The translations under genes and the position numbers were made by a program. A DNA stretch of 59,643 nt, filler included. It is 6 parts of 6 records of this genome, joined end to end, with 100 filler letters (N's around TTAATTAATTAA, not from the genome) between each part and the next. Parts side by side here need not be neighbours in the genome. Positions count along the whole stretch, not along the records: positions 7,662 to 24,861 come from SRR31156797_18719; 5 more parts are not named here. One strand, 5' to 3'. This document shows, one piece after another, positions 10,789 through 21,675 of the stretch. Position 1 is the first letter of the stretch. The number at the start of each line of letters is the position of its first letter. A model generated the notes under the pieces. It was not told where the DNA came from. It was given only the letters and a program-made list of their open reading frames with translations, and made no database searches.

Positions 10789-12648
10789 ATGAAAAATTAT
10801 GTTTGCTTCCAACTTAATATGATCCTGATCACTGGTTCCATATGCTTATTTTCGGCCTTCAATGGCGCGGGACAGGTCCAAGGAACTGAAAATGAACTGA
10901 TTGCCTCCACATTTCTTGGAGGGAATGGATATGATGGCTTTGTATATGATGTGGATCAGTTCTCATTCTTATTACACCCTAACGGAGATATTTATTTGTG
11001 CGGAACTACTGAATCGCTTGACTTTCCGGTTAGTGAAGGAGCTTACCAAGAGTCTTTTGCAGGTGGAGATTCAGATTCTTTTATCGCAAGAATGAGCCCT
11101 GATTTGAGTGTTTTGAATGCTTCGACGTTTATTGGTGGAACTAACAAAGATTATATAACTGACATGTTAATCAGTGAAACAGGTGATATTTATATTTGTG
11201 GCTACACATATTCAAGTGACTTCCCTATTACTTCCAATGCCTTCGATACAACATTCAATGATACAGGATTAGGGGGCACGGATGTATTTGTTTCTGTTTT
11301 ACATGCCTCTCTTGATAGTCTCAAATTCTCGACTTTCCTGGGAGGATCTTTACCCGATGGCCGGCATCATGTTAGAATGATATTGGATCAAACGGGAAAT
11401 ATTGTTATTGGTGGAGGTACCATGTCTTATGATTTTCCTTTAAGTGCTGGTGCCCTGATTACCAATCCTCCTTCCCCATACAATGACCTGTTTTTAAGTG
11501 TGATGACACCTGAACTGGATGCTTTGCTGGCATCCACCTATTTCGGAGGAAGTGCTTTCGATCAATTAACAGATATTTTATTGGATGATGAAAACAATAT
11601 TATTTTTTGCGGGATGACCGGATCGGCAAATTTTCCGGTTACTAAAAATGCCTATGATATGAGTTTCAATGGCAAGGGAGATGTTTTTGTATCAAAAGTA
11701 AATATTAGTCTTAATAAGCTCATTGCCTCAACTTTTTTGGGTGGAGCAGATTTTGATCTGGCAAGGAGTATAGCTTTTGGTTCTCAGGGCTATATTTATA
11801 TTGGCGGAAGAACCGAATCAACAGATTTCCCAACCACGCCTGATACGTATGATTCAATATACAATGGCGGACTTAATGACGCATATGTTTCATGCCTGGA
11901 TGACAAATTGGAAAGCTTGGCTTGTTCTACACTGTTGGGTGGTTTTGAATGGGACGAAATAACAGATGTACTATATGATTCTGTTTCTGGTGGTATTTTT
12001 GTTACCGGGTTTACCGGACATAAATCATTTCCGGTAAGCTCCAGTGCCTATGATCCTGAATTTAACGGCGAGACCGATTGTGTTATTTGCCGGTTTAATT
12101 CTGAGCTTAGCGATTTATCTTCATCCACTTTTCTTGGTGGTTCATCTTATGATTTTGGAATTGAGCTGGTATTCTCCGAAGCCGGCAATTTACTGGTATG
12201 TGGGAATTCTGCTTCGTTAGATTTTCCGGTGACATCAGGGGTGTATGATGATTCTTTTAATGGCCTCTATGATGTTTTTGTGACTGAGATTGATAAAGAT
12301 CTTACGGGCTTGCCGGTTGGGATTGAAGTAACTGAGCAGCCCGGTAATACTGACGCTTTGGCATGTATTTCCGTTTCACCAAACCCTTTCCGCGAGACAA
12401 CCAGAATTTCAATTTCTGTTGATGATAAATTCCTCCTTCAGACAGGGATAGATATACAACTCAGGCTTATTGATCCGGAGACGGGAAACGTTGAGAATAT
12501 CCTGGATAGAAGGCCCAATGATCCTACATATGAATTCAATTATAGTCCCCGGGAATTGCAACCTGGTTATTATCTGCTTCAGTTGAACATGATCAAGAAT
12601 AGGATTTCCAGGCAAATTGCACTCCATGAAATTATTAAGGTTGGGTAA
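10789..12648 (+). CDS. SBBP-repeat beta-propeller protein with probable T9SS C-terminal domain
   Basis: Repeated STFLGG..D / G.T.S.DFP.T..AYD units; C-terminal SPNPF...GYYLL; start may be 10762. Confidence 0.82.
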   Translation: MKNYVCFQLNMILITGSICLFSAFNGAGQVQGTENELIASTFLGGNGYDGFVYDVDQFSFLLHPNGDIYLCGTTESLDFPVSEGAYQESFAGGDSDSFIARMSPDLSVLNASTFIGGTNKDYITDMLISETGDIYICGYTYSSDFPITSNAFDTTFNDTGLGGTDVFVSVLHASLDSLKFSTFLGGSLPDGRHHVRMILDQTGNIVIGGGTMSYDFPLSAGALITNPPSPYNDLFLSVMTPELDALLASTYFGGSAFDQLTDILLDDENNIIFCGMTGSANFPVTKNAYDMSFNGKGDVFVSKVNISLNKLIASTFLGGADFDLARSIAFGSQGYIYIGGRTESTDFPTTPDTYDSIYNGGLNDAYVSCLDDKLESLACSTLLGGFEWDEITDVLYDSVSGGIFVTGFTGHKSFPVSSSAYDPEFNGETDCVICRFNSELSDLSSSTFLGGSSYDFGIELVFSEAGNLLVCGNSASLDFPVTSGVYDDSFNGLYDVFVTEIDKDLTGLPVGIEVTEQPGNTDALACISVSPNPFRETTRISISVDDKFLLQTGIDIQLRLIDPETGNVENILDRRPNDPTYEFNYSPRELQPGYYLLQLNMIKNRISRQIALHEIIKVG

Positions 12649-12715
12649 AAATATTGATCTGGTTAATAGCCACATTTGAGCATAAAATTTCTATCAAAAA
12701 AAAGTTAATAAGCAA

Positions 12716-14536
12716 ATGAAAACTCTAATGAAAATTTGGAGCCTGATAGTGATAACTGTTTCATTCTGTGGGAATATTCAGGCTCAGGACCTATTTACAG
12801 AAGATTTTAACAATGGTGAAATCCCACCTGGGTGGATCATGGAAAATGGTGTGGATAACTGGGCGGTTATGCCATCCATGGCTGCAGGCGGTGCACCCGG
12901 CGAATTGAGATTATCAGGAGAACCTTATTTCAATAACACGTACATGATCATTTCCCCTGAGATCAGTCTGGAGGAATTCTCAAGCGTTTTTGTTCGTTTC
13001 AGGCATACATTTATTCCACATGACCTGGATACTACATATTGTAGTTTTGGGCTGGCCATAAGGTCGGCTGGAGGAGAGTGGAATACTGCCTGGGAGCTAT
13101 CAAACCCTTTGGGCCCTGTGCCTCCCTCAGGCAAATATGTTTTTCTGAATGTTGATCCTGCTCAGGAAACTTTCCAATTCTGCTTTTATTTCCAGGGTGA
13201 ATCGAGTGAGTTATATGATTGGTTTATTGACGATATCCTGGTTTTTAATGCTGTGAAACTGGATGCTGAAATTATCAGTCTAAGTATCCCGGGATATGGT
13301 ATTCAGTGTGAGTACAATGTTTCGGGAAAGATGAACAATAATGGCCTCTGCCAGATTAACGCCATTGAACTTGGTTACAGTATAGATAATGGCCAGGCAA
13401 TAAACAAACTGATAGATGATGTTGAGATTAATTTTGGGGAGAGCAGATATTTCTCCTTCGATGAATTCCAAAATCTATCGTCGGGTGAGCATACAATAAA
13501 AGTCTGGGTATCAGAAGTAAACTACCTGGGGGAAGATGATAATCCGTTGAATGACACGCTTTGCCATACGATACAGATCGCAAGCCAAACCTACCAGAGA
13601 AAGCTTCTTTTCGAAGAGTTTGCCAGCTCAAGTTGCATCCCCTGCGCAGGGTTTAATGAAAATATATTGCACCCGCTGCTCGAAAGCAACCCCGGTACTT
13701 ATGCACTGATCAAGTATCCAATGAATTACCCTTATCCGGAAGATCCGTATTATACCGAGGCAGCACAGAGCCGAAAAGATTATTACGGCACAACCCATTT
13801 GCCAAAACTATATACCGATGGCGGATTTGGCACCATGAGCCAGACCCAGTACGACATAGTGCTTGAGAGGCCTTCTCTTGTTGACATTGTGTCCGGATCA
13901 ATCCTTTACGGTACTTTTTTAGATGTATATGCAGGCCTGGAATTAGGGGTTGATATCGACCATGCCACACTTTATATGGCACTTACCGAGAAGACTACCA
14001 CAGGCAACATCCAGAACAATGGAGAGACTGAGTTCTACAATATATTGATGAACATGATCCCATCGGCTGAGGGTATTCCTGTTTCCGGGCAAACAGGTGA
14101 TATTTTAGAATTCAATTACGGGATTGACTTGTCGGATACATTCATAGAGGATTTTAATGATCTTGAGGCAATTGTATTTTTACAGGACAATCAAAGTAAA
14201 AAGGTATTTCAGTCTTCCATTTCGGATATTACTGTAGGCCTTCAGGAGGATGAACCCGTTTTGAACCAGGCCAAAGTATTTCCCAATCCATTTACCCGGT
14301 CAACAACCCTGGAACTCAGGGTTGAAAATGCAGGGGTTTTCAACATATATATTAGAAATTTACAGGGACAGGTGGTCCGAAGCTTGTCACACAGGGAAAT
14401 TGAGCATGGTACCAATAGTTTTATCTGGGATGGAACCTCTGAGTCAGGCGGCGAATTGGAACCGGGGGTTTATTTTATGCACATCAGATCGGACGGGATT
14501 AATCAGGTAAGGAAAATTATCAAGTGTAGCAGATAA
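12716..14536 (+). CDS. Omp28-related CxxC protein with T9SS/FlgD-like C-terminal domain
   Basis: LLFEEFASSSCIPC motif; VFPNPF..WDGT..PGVYF sorting domain; signal peptide. Confidence 0.8.
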   Translation: MKTLMKIWSLIVITVSFCGNIQAQDLFTEDFNNGEIPPGWIMENGVDNWAVMPSMAAGGAPGELRLSGEPYFNNTYMIISPEISLEEFSSVFVRFRHTFIPHDLDTTYCSFGLAIRSAGGEWNTAWELSNPLGPVPPSGKYVFLNVDPAQETFQFCFYFQGESSELYDWFIDDILVFNAVKLDAEIISLSIPGYGIQCEYNVSGKMNNNGLCQINAIELGYSIDNGQAINKLIDDVEINFGESRYFSFDEFQNLSSGEHTIKVWVSEVNYLGEDDNPLNDTLCHTIQIASQTYQRKLLFEEFASSSCIPCAGFNENILHPLLESNPGTYALIKYPMNYPYPEDPYYTEAAQSRKDYYGTTHLPKLYTDGGFGTMSQTQYDIVLERPSLVDIVSGSILYGTFLDVYAGLELGVDIDHATLYMALTEKTTTGNIQNNGETEFYNILMNMIPSAEGIPVSGQTGDILEFNYGIDLSDTFIEDFNDLEAIVFLQDNQSKKVFQSSISDITVGLQEDEPVLNQAKVFPNPFTRSTTLELRVENAGVFNIYIRNLQGQVVRSLSHREIEHGTNSFIWDGTSESGGELEPGVYFMHIRSDGINQVRKIIKCSR

Positions 14537-14592
14537 TCAGCTTAACCAATAGAAACAGATCATAATTTAAATTAGAAAAATAAATATTTAAT

Positions 14593-16020
14593 GTGATGAA
14601 AAATTTTGCATTGATTTTTTTCTTGTTGTTTTCATTATCATCGGTACAAGGACAAAAATCAGAAGAAACAAATGAAAAACAGACATGTAATTTCTTCCTG
14701 ATCATGGAAGAAAATAACAAAGTGATTATTGAAAAAGAAACCCTCACTGATGGTGAATACAAGGTTTTTAAAGATGACAGGATCCTTTCATATGTTATGG
14801 TATTTCCTCCTGGGAGCAAGTCAGGGGAGGTCATTCAAAAGTCCCAGCGGATCAGTGGCATCTTAGCTCTCTATTCAAATGAAAAGATAAAAGTCAGCAT
14901 CCTTCTAAAGGATGGTTTACAAAAAGAAATGCCAGACATTAACCTTGATGAGGCATATACAACCGACGTCAGACTTAACGTAACCGGAGCAAATGGCTAC
15001 GAAGATGCTTTCATTGTTGAAGGATATGAAACCCTTAAAAAAGATGACGGACCGGTACTGGATATTTTTTCGGGGAAAATATCTCTGAACCAGGGGGATT
15101 ATTCTTTTTTCGTAGAATGCATGGATGCAAAAGAAGGGGATGCAGTAATAGGAACTGTCCCTTATCAAATGCATCGTGGCTGGATTACCGTAGATTGTAA
15201 ATTCTCAAATGGAGTCAGTGGCATGTTCGTCGCTGACCTTGGTGCTGCAAATACTTTTATCCCTAAAAACATGCTACCTGAAGGCGATGAGATCTCAAGA
15301 CTTCAAATGGTTGAACATTCATCTGAGGGGGTTAAAGTCAGCAAGGCAGTTGCTGAAGGAGCTTCCGGAAAGGTGGAAAATATTGCTGGTATATCTGTAT
15401 TAAATAATTTTCAAATTGGAGATATAACCTTGAATGATTTTAAAGTAACCATATTGAATGACTTTCCGCAGCCCTTCATTGATGCAGGTATTGATGGTGT
15501 ACTGGGAAGGGACGTGCTTATGAAAGCTGATTTGTTTGAGATCTTAAACTTAAATATTGAAGGACCTGGCAAAACCCTGGTTTTTAAAAATGACAAGGGC
15601 GATTATCATGATTATTCTTATAGAGTACCCTTTAATATTGCAGGCGGCGGGAATATTTATTTTAAAGGAAAAATTAAGGATAGTGCAGTCAATTTCTTTT
15701 TTGATTCGGGTGCGGGAAGTTCAAGTATCAGTCAAGAATTTCTTGAAAACAACAAGATCGCCTATACTTCATCAGGAGCGGATAAAACAACCTTATATGG
15801 GATAGATGGGAAAGGAACCGATTATGATGAAGTTGAAATTCAAAACATCCAGATCGGAGATATTTTAATAGATAATATGTCATTCCATATGAGCGATGTT
15901 AATGTCTTGCAAAGTTTTGGCATGAAGCAAAATACCTGTTTGCTGGGTATGGACTTTCTCAGCAACTACGCCAAAATTGTTTTTGATTTTAGAACAAATG
16001 TCATGTTGCTTTGGGAGTAA
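14593..16020 (+). CDS. Exported retropepsin-like aspartyl protease (two domains)
   Basis: FVADLGA..DGVLGRDVL and FFFDSGA..LLGMDFL. Confidence 0.82.
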   Translation: MMKNFALIFFLLFSLSSVQGQKSEETNEKQTCNFFLIMEENNKVIIEKETLTDGEYKVFKDDRILSYVMVFPPGSKSGEVIQKSQRISGILALYSNEKIKVSILLKDGLQKEMPDINLDEAYTTDVRLNVTGANGYEDAFIVEGYETLKKDDGPVLDIFSGKISLNQGDYSFFVECMDAKEGDAVIGTVPYQMHRGWITVDCKFSNGVSGMFVADLGAANTFIPKNMLPEGDEISRLQMVEHSSEGVKVSKAVAEGASGKVENIAGISVLNNFQIGDITLNDFKVTILNDFPQPFIDAGIDGVLGRDVLMKADLFEILNLNIEGPGKTLVFKNDKGDYHDYSYRVPFNIAGGGNIYFKGKIKDSAVNFFFDSGAGSSSISQEFLENNKIAYTSSGADKTTLYGIDGKGTDYDEVEIQNIQIGDILIDNMSFHMSDVNVLQSFGMKQNTCLLGMDFLSNYAKIVFDFRTNVMLLWE

Positions 16021-16169
16021 TGAAAATCATATTTCTGATCGAAATAGTACTGTTTATAAACACTTCCTTTTGGCAATACACGAAGTACTTGTGGCTGGAT
16101 CCTTCACTATTCATATTCCTGTGGGAATTTGAAAATGTAACGATCAACATTGGTATTTTTTCGGGTTGA
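16020..16169 (+). CDS. Possible 49-aa hydrophobic ORF or gene remnant
   Basis: TAATG overlap with the protease stop; MKIIFLIEIVLFINTSFWQ...; below the ORF-track cutoff. Confidence 0.3.
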   Translation: MKIIFLIEIVLFINTSFWQYTKYLWLDPSLFIFLWEFENVTINIGIFSG

Positions 16170-16262
16170 ATTTTACTGAAATACCTGTTCACTTTTAAAG
16201 ATCAAATGTATAGGAGGTACTGATTAATTGTCCTCAACGGCCAAAAGGTAATAAAGTAATTG

Positions 16263-16631
16263 ATGATGAAAATCAAAAAGAGTAAACCAGCGGTAATCGG
16301 ATTATCATTCCTCATCGGACTGATCTTGTCTTGTGATAAAAATGACAATTCATTTAAAGGGAATGCAAAAGTTATTGATTTCAACCCTGAAAAATGTATG
16401 TGTTGCTGGGGATGGACAATTGTAATTGACAATGATACTATTATGTCAGATGATGTTGTAATCGGAGAAACTGTCGGATACGACATAAATAACCCGATCC
16501 AGGTTTACGTAGAGCTTGGAGAGGTGAAACAAAAATGTTCCGATCAGGAATTTGAAAATCCAGACCAATTAAGAGACTACTATGAAATAATCAGAATAGC
16601 TCAACCTAAATGTTTAAATTACAATTATTAA
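16263..16631 (+). CDS. Hypothetical lipoprotein
   Basis: Lipobox ILSC; conserved-looking KCMCCWGW motif. Confidence 0.65.
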   Translation: MMKIKKSKPAVIGLSFLIGLILSCDKNDNSFKGNAKVIDFNPEKCMCCWGWTIVIDNDTIMSDDVVIGETVGYDINNPIQVYVELGEVKQKCSDQEFENPDQLRDYYEIIRIAQPKCLNYNY

Positions 16632-17861
16632 ATGCTTTACATCAACAATAAAAAAAATAACACCAGGATTTTATACACGTCTTTAATGATGAAAGCTATG
16701 GGTATATTAAAGATATGTTGTTTCATATCCATTGGGCTATTACTTATAAATAGCTCCGCAGCTGCTCAGAACGAACGCCCGGTTATTAATTATCATCACT
16801 TACCCGGGAAAAACAACTGGCATATATCACATTATGATTCAAGTGCCAACTCGGGGTACATTAGTCTTAATAGTAAAATCTGGTTGATGCATTTCTTGCA
16901 TTGGTGGCCATTGACCGAAGACAGACAGAATATTTCAGTTACGTATGCCACAAGGTTACTTCAAAGTTTGTGGGGAATGCAGTTTACCCTTTCCGGTATT
17001 TCAGGAGAGTGCTGGGTAAATGGACATAGAGCATATTTTGTAGAAGGGGAATTAGGCAAAGTGGTTAAAACAAGGTTTATTTTATGGAATTGCCCGGAAA
17101 CAAACCGTCAATTTTTATCAGATTGTAATATCAATATCGCAACGAAAACACCGGAATCTTATCTCTCATTACAGTCAGATGAAATAACATCCTCAATACG
17201 TTGCCATAAATCCAACAGCACAACTCGTATTGATAGCCTCTCTGGAATAATCAATTATGACAGTTTAAATATTTCTTTCACTTTACCGGAAAATTGGAAT
17301 TCCGATTTGTTTGTGGTAAATGATCATTCAGATAAAGATATGCCGGGGTATTTTGAAGATGGGGTTGATAAAAGTAACGGAGTTATTTGGAACCTGATGG
17401 AAGGCACGGAAAAAAGAATTAGTTTTGTTTGGGGTGAAAGTGATAGGTCCCAGTCCGTTATATCAATGAACAAATCAATAGAGGAATATTTTAATGATAC
17501 CCTGTTGAGAAGTGAGGATACCCTGCAAATTTTGGGGTACTACCAAAATATTTCAGATCCTTTGTTCAAAGCAAAACAAAGTTACATCGAATGCAGTGGT
17601 GAGTTTGATTTCGTTACAGCCATTAAAAACCGAACAGCCATTGATACCAGTCGATATATGTATCAGGCGTTTTACTGGACTGCCAACAATGTTGAGCACA
17701 TGTTGATTGGGTTTATGGTTGCACATAATAATTTCTGGGGCGTTCCGGTTGATTTGAAACCATGTGAGAAACAATTCGAAAGTTTTATTCAGGAAGCCAT
17801 TCAATACTTTGTAAATATCCCATTTAACGAAAACTCATTGAAATCTGATAAGCCTGAATAA
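16632..17861 (+). CDS. Hypothetical exported protein
   Basis: 409-aa ORF, signal-like segment ending SAAAQ; true start likely near 16686. Confidence 0.65.
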   Translation: MLYINNKKNNTRILYTSLMMKAMGILKICCFISIGLLLINSSAAAQNERPVINYHHLPGKNNWHISHYDSSANSGYISLNSKIWLMHFLHWWPLTEDRQNISVTYATRLLQSLWGMQFTLSGISGECWVNGHRAYFVEGELGKVVKTRFILWNCPETNRQFLSDCNINIATKTPESYLSLQSDEITSSIRCHKSNSTTRIDSLSGIINYDSLNISFTLPENWNSDLFVVNDHSDKDMPGYFEDGVDKSNGVIWNLMEGTEKRISFVWGESDRSQSVISMNKSIEEYFNDTLLRSEDTLQILGYYQNISDPLFKAKQSYIECSGEFDFVTAIKNRTAIDTSRYMYQAFYWTANNVEHMLIGFMVAHNNFWGVPVDLKPCEKQFESFIQEAIQYFVNIPFNENSLKSDKPE

Positions 17862-18075
17862 GTCTGGTTGGGCCTGTAGCTCCGGTTTATGTTTATCCTG
17901 TATGAATTTACCTTGTCCAGGTAGAAATTTGACGAGTAAATGGGAAGTAAACAGAATGGTGTTTTATTAATGAGTTGTATAACCTAAGAAATGCCTTAGA
18001 TTTATGTACCAAAATTCATATTACATCGTCGTACAGAAGGCCTTATGATTTTTAAATAATTTAATAAACAAAAAC

Positions 18076-19044
18076 ATGAAAGAGAAACTGTTATTAATTT
18101 CATTAATGCTACTGGTATTTTTAAACATAGTAGTTACGAAGCTTCAGGCACAAACCATACCTGCCATTGTGTCTACTGAGTGGCTTGAAGAAAATATGGG
18201 AACTCCAGATATGGTGATGCTTGATGTAAGAGAATCTGAGAGCTATAAAGCTGGTCATATCCCCGGATCGATTAACATTCCTGCTTTTCCGAACTGGTAT
18301 ATAAACAATCCTGGTGAACAACTACCCTGGATGGAACTTCCTGAAAAAGAAATTCTATATACAACGATAAGTAAAGCTGGAATAACCGCTAACTCCATCG
18401 TCGTGATTATTGCCAGAACTTCTGATTCTGGAACCGGAAATCTGGGTGCCTATGGTTTGACAAAAGCTTCCAGGTCTGCAATTACCCTTATTTATGCCGG
18501 TATTGCGAAAGTGGTATTTTTAAATGGTGGATATGATAAATGGGAAGCTGAAGGAAAAATAGTCTCAACCAAACCTAAAATTCCTCTGGCGACTAACTAT
18601 GATGGAAAAATAAATGAATCCATTTTTGTTAAAAAGGCATATGTTGAAAACAGGCTTGGTAAATCAAGAATTATTGATACAAGGGATTGTGATACATACT
18701 TTGGATTAGAAACAGATTATTCCGCTAGTAGAGCGGGTCATATACCTACTGCAAAAGTTTTACCGGCGCCATGGTTTTGGCAATCAACCAAAGCTGAAAC
18801 CGGAGATATATCATATTTAGTGTGGAAAGACACCGAAGAAATCAAAGAAATTGCCCAGACGGTTCTTGGAGAAAATATGGAAGCAGAGATCATCGATTAT
18901 TGCGGTGTTGGAGGATACGCGAGCCCTGTATGGTTTTTGTTAACGCAGGTGGTTGGATATAAAAATGTTAAATTTTATGACGGCAGTATGCAGGAATGGA
19001 CATCCGATCCAAATGCACCTGTAACCAAATATAGGTATGAGTAA
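18076..19044 (+). CDS. Tandem-domain rhodanese/sulfurtransferase with signal peptide
   Basis: IVSTEWL, GHIPGS, LNGGYDKW, GHIPTA, YCGVGG, FYDGSMQEW. Confidence 0.9.
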   Translation: MKEKLLLISLMLLVFLNIVVTKLQAQTIPAIVSTEWLEENMGTPDMVMLDVRESESYKAGHIPGSINIPAFPNWYINNPGEQLPWMELPEKEILYTTISKAGITANSIVVIIARTSDSGTGNLGAYGLTKASRSAITLIYAGIAKVVFLNGGYDKWEAEGKIVSTKPKIPLATNYDGKINESIFVKKAYVENRLGKSRIIDTRDCDTYFGLETDYSASRAGHIPTAKVLPAPWFWQSTKAETGDISYLVWKDTEEIKEIAQTVLGENMEAEIIDYCGVGGYASPVWFLLTQVVGYKNVKFYDGSMQEWTSDPNAPVTKYRYE

Positions 19045-19474
19045 GCAAGTTTTATTGGAAGAGTAAAGAGGTGTTTTAATAACATCTAACTGGAATTTAA
19101 GAAAAAGAATTTGCTTTTTTGATTACAGAAAAAGAAGTGGCAATTTCAAAGTAATTTCTTTTAATTGAAAACCCTGAGATTTTTTAACAGTGTTTTCGCC
19201 GGTTCTATGAGGGTTCTTTTATAAAGCAGAACGCTTTTTAATGATCAGCCCGTAATACCCTATGCTGATGGAATGGACATAGATTGCAGGATGTGTTTGA
19301 CATTTTAACCCAAATCTCCCAAAATCCTGAAAGGCCCAAATGGACCGATTGAATGTTCTTAACGAATTCTACCCGAAAATCATATCTATGTTGTAGTAAA
19401 AGATGAAATTGAAAACAAATCTTTCAATTCCGGGTTGAAACAATATCATTCCACATCAAAACAATAGGGTAAAA

Positions 19475-20191
19475 ATGGTAAGAAACTTTTTTGTGATACT
19501 TTTGGCCATCTTCTTTGTCGCCTGTGATGACAGGGAAGGTGTTGAAAATATGAACAACAACCATAGCCAGCCACCGGTAACAAAGGGTAAATATCTTGCC
19601 CTTGGCGATTCTTACACCATTGGTGAAAGTGTTCCCGTTGAGGATAGGTTCCCTGTGCAATTGGTAGCAAGGCTCCGAAATTATGGTGTGCCTATGAACG
19701 AAGCTGAAATTATTGCAGTTACAGGTTGGACAACCGGGCAACTGATTGATGGTATTGCTGAAGAAAACCCACAGGGAAAATATGATCTGGTGACTTTATT
19801 AATCGGCGTAAATAACCAGTATCGTGGGCTCGACACGGCGAAATACCGGATGGAATATCAGCAGCTTTTGCAGCAAGCCATCGGGTTTGCAGACGGAAAC
19901 GAAAGCCATGTACTCGTGCTTTCCATTCCGGATTATGGTGTAACGCCTTTCGCCAGTGGCTTGAACACGGCAAAAATAGCCCGTGAAATTAATGATTTTA
20001 ATTCCATTAAATTGGATGAAACCAAAAAAACCGAAGCCCTGTATTTTGATATCACCGGTATCTCCAGGGAGGCAAAAAATAATTCCGAACTAATCGCCGG
20101 TGACGGATTGCACCCCTCCGGAGAAATGTATAAACGTTGGGTGGATGTGATTTTTTCGGATGCGAAAAATATCGTGCAATCAAACAATTGA
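19475..20191 (+). CDS. SGNH/GDSL hydrolase lipoprotein
   Basis: YLALGDSYT, LIGVNN, DGLHPS; lipobox FVAC. Confidence 0.92.
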   Translation: MVRNFFVILLAIFFVACDDREGVENMNNNHSQPPVTKGKYLALGDSYTIGESVPVEDRFPVQLVARLRNYGVPMNEAEIIAVTGWTTGQLIDGIAEENPQGKYDLVTLLIGVNNQYRGLDTAKYRMEYQQLLQQAIGFADGNESHVLVLSIPDYGVTPFASGLNTAKIAREINDFNSIKLDETKKTEALYFDITGISREAKNNSELIAGDGLHPSGEMYKRWVDVIFSDAKNIVQSNN

Positions 20192-20195
20192 AAAG

Positions 20196-21488
20196 ATGAA
20201 GAAATCCCTGGAATTTATTAATACGCACGCCTTTGCCCAGCAGCTGGATAGCCAGGACAACTTAAAAAGTTTTCAGGAACATTTTTTTGTTGGGGATGAA
20301 AACCTGATCTACCTCGATGGCAATTCCCTGGGGCGCTTACCCAAAAAAGCCATGGAACTCACCCGGGATGTTGTGCAACGGCAATGGGGTGATCGCCTCA
20401 TTCGCAGCTGGAATGAGGGTTGGTATTCATTATCTGAGAAAATAGCCGGAAAGGTTGCTAAAATAATCGGTGCAGATGCCGATGAAATTGCTGTTGGCGA
20501 TTCCACGTCCGTGAATTTGTATAAAACTGCTATGGCAGCTTTAAATCTCAATCCGGGGAAAAAGAAAATTGTTTCGGATGTATTGAATTTCCCCACCGAT
20601 ATTTATGTATTGCAGGGTATTGTTGATCAACTCGATGATGATTATCATATTGAACTGGCCCACTCCGAAGATGGTATTTCCGTAACGATGGAAGAACTGG
20701 AACGGGTGATTGATGAAGATACAGCCGTAGTGGTTTTGTCGGCTGTGGTTTTTAAAAGCTCGTTTATGTACGATATGAAGGCAGTCACTGACCTGGTGCA
20801 TCGAAAAGGCGCTTTGATCATTTGGGACCTGAGTCATGCTGCCGGAGCTGTTCCTGTTGATCTGAACGGCTCCGGAGCTAACATGGCCATTGGCTGTACC
20901 TATAAATACCTGAATGGCGGCCCCGGATCGCCGGCATATCTTTTTGTTTCAAAAAAGTTGCAGGATAAAATTACCTCGCCCATCTGGGGCTGGTTTGGTG
21001 ATCAAAATCCGTTTGCTTTCGATTTGGATTATCAGCCGGCTGAAGGAATCCGAAAGTTCATGGCTGGAACCCCTCCTGTATTATCACTTGCCGCAGTTGG
21101 GCCAGGTTTGGATCTGATTTTGGAAGCGGGCATGGAAAATCTGCGGGCAAAATCCGTATTGCAATCCAAATACCAGATTTACTTATGGGAGGAATTATTA
21201 AAGTCTTTGGGTTATAAACTGGGATCGCCATCTAATTCTGATCAGCGGGGCTCCCACATTTCCCTTCGCCAACCGGAGGCTTACCGCATCTGCAAATCGC
21301 TTATCGATCCCAAAAACAACAGCCCTGTCATCATCCCCGATTTTCGTGAACCGGATAATATTAGGCTGGGTATTGCGCCATTATATAACTCTTTTGAGGA
21401 TATATATCTGACGACGATCAGGCTTCAGGAGATTGTTTCAAAACGCCAGTATGAAAATTATCCCAGGAATAAGGCTGCTGTGACTTGA
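20196..21488 (+). CDS. kynU: Kynureninase
   Basis: YLDGNSLGRLP, WDLSHAAGAVP, GCTYKYLNGGPGSP; ATG at 20196 preferred. Confidence 0.95.
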   Translation: MKKSLEFINTHAFAQQLDSQDNLKSFQEHFFVGDENLIYLDGNSLGRLPKKAMELTRDVVQRQWGDRLIRSWNEGWYSLSEKIAGKVAKIIGADADEIAVGDSTSVNLYKTAMAALNLNPGKKKIVSDVLNFPTDIYVLQGIVDQLDDDYHIELAHSEDGISVTMEELERVIDEDTAVVVLSAVVFKSSFMYDMKAVTDLVHRKGALIIWDLSHAAGAVPVDLNGSGANMAIGCTYKYLNGGPGSPAYLFVSKKLQDKITSPIWGWFGDQNPFAFDLDYQPAEGIRKFMAGTPPVLSLAAVGPGLDLILEAGMENLRAKSVLQSKYQIYLWEELLKSLGYKLGSPSNSDQRGSHISLRQPEAYRICKSLIDPKNNSPVIIPDFREPDNIRLGIAPLYNSFEDIYLTTIRLQEIVSKRQYENYPRNKAAVT

Positions 21489-21550
21489 TTGCTTTTTCCC
21501 CAAGCATTGATTCTATCACCATTCAAATATCATTTTTCCCACGATTATGT

Positions 21551-21562
21551 ATAATTAGGGTA
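21551..21562 (+). repeat. 12-bp inverted repeat, left copy (ATAATTAGGGTA)
   Basis: Exact reverse complement at 24825-24836. Confidence 0.7.
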
Positions 21563-21675
21563 CTGTTATGTCTGATATTCTGGATTTTTCCTGATTGATC
21601 TTTTCTAATTCTGATCGATTTCATATCTTTGTCAATAGTAGACCCATAACCAAATTTAAATCATTTTATAATGCT

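Noticed and set aside
19256-19471. 8-bp inverted pair TACCCTAT/ATAGGGTA about 200 bp apart (invertible promoter?)
   Set aside because: Too short to distinguish from chance in AT-rich DNA.
21538-21566. dif/Xer-like appearance (TGTATA followed by TTAGGGTA)
   Set aside because: Arm spacing is off and there is no credible XerC arm at either copy; kept only as an inverted repeat.
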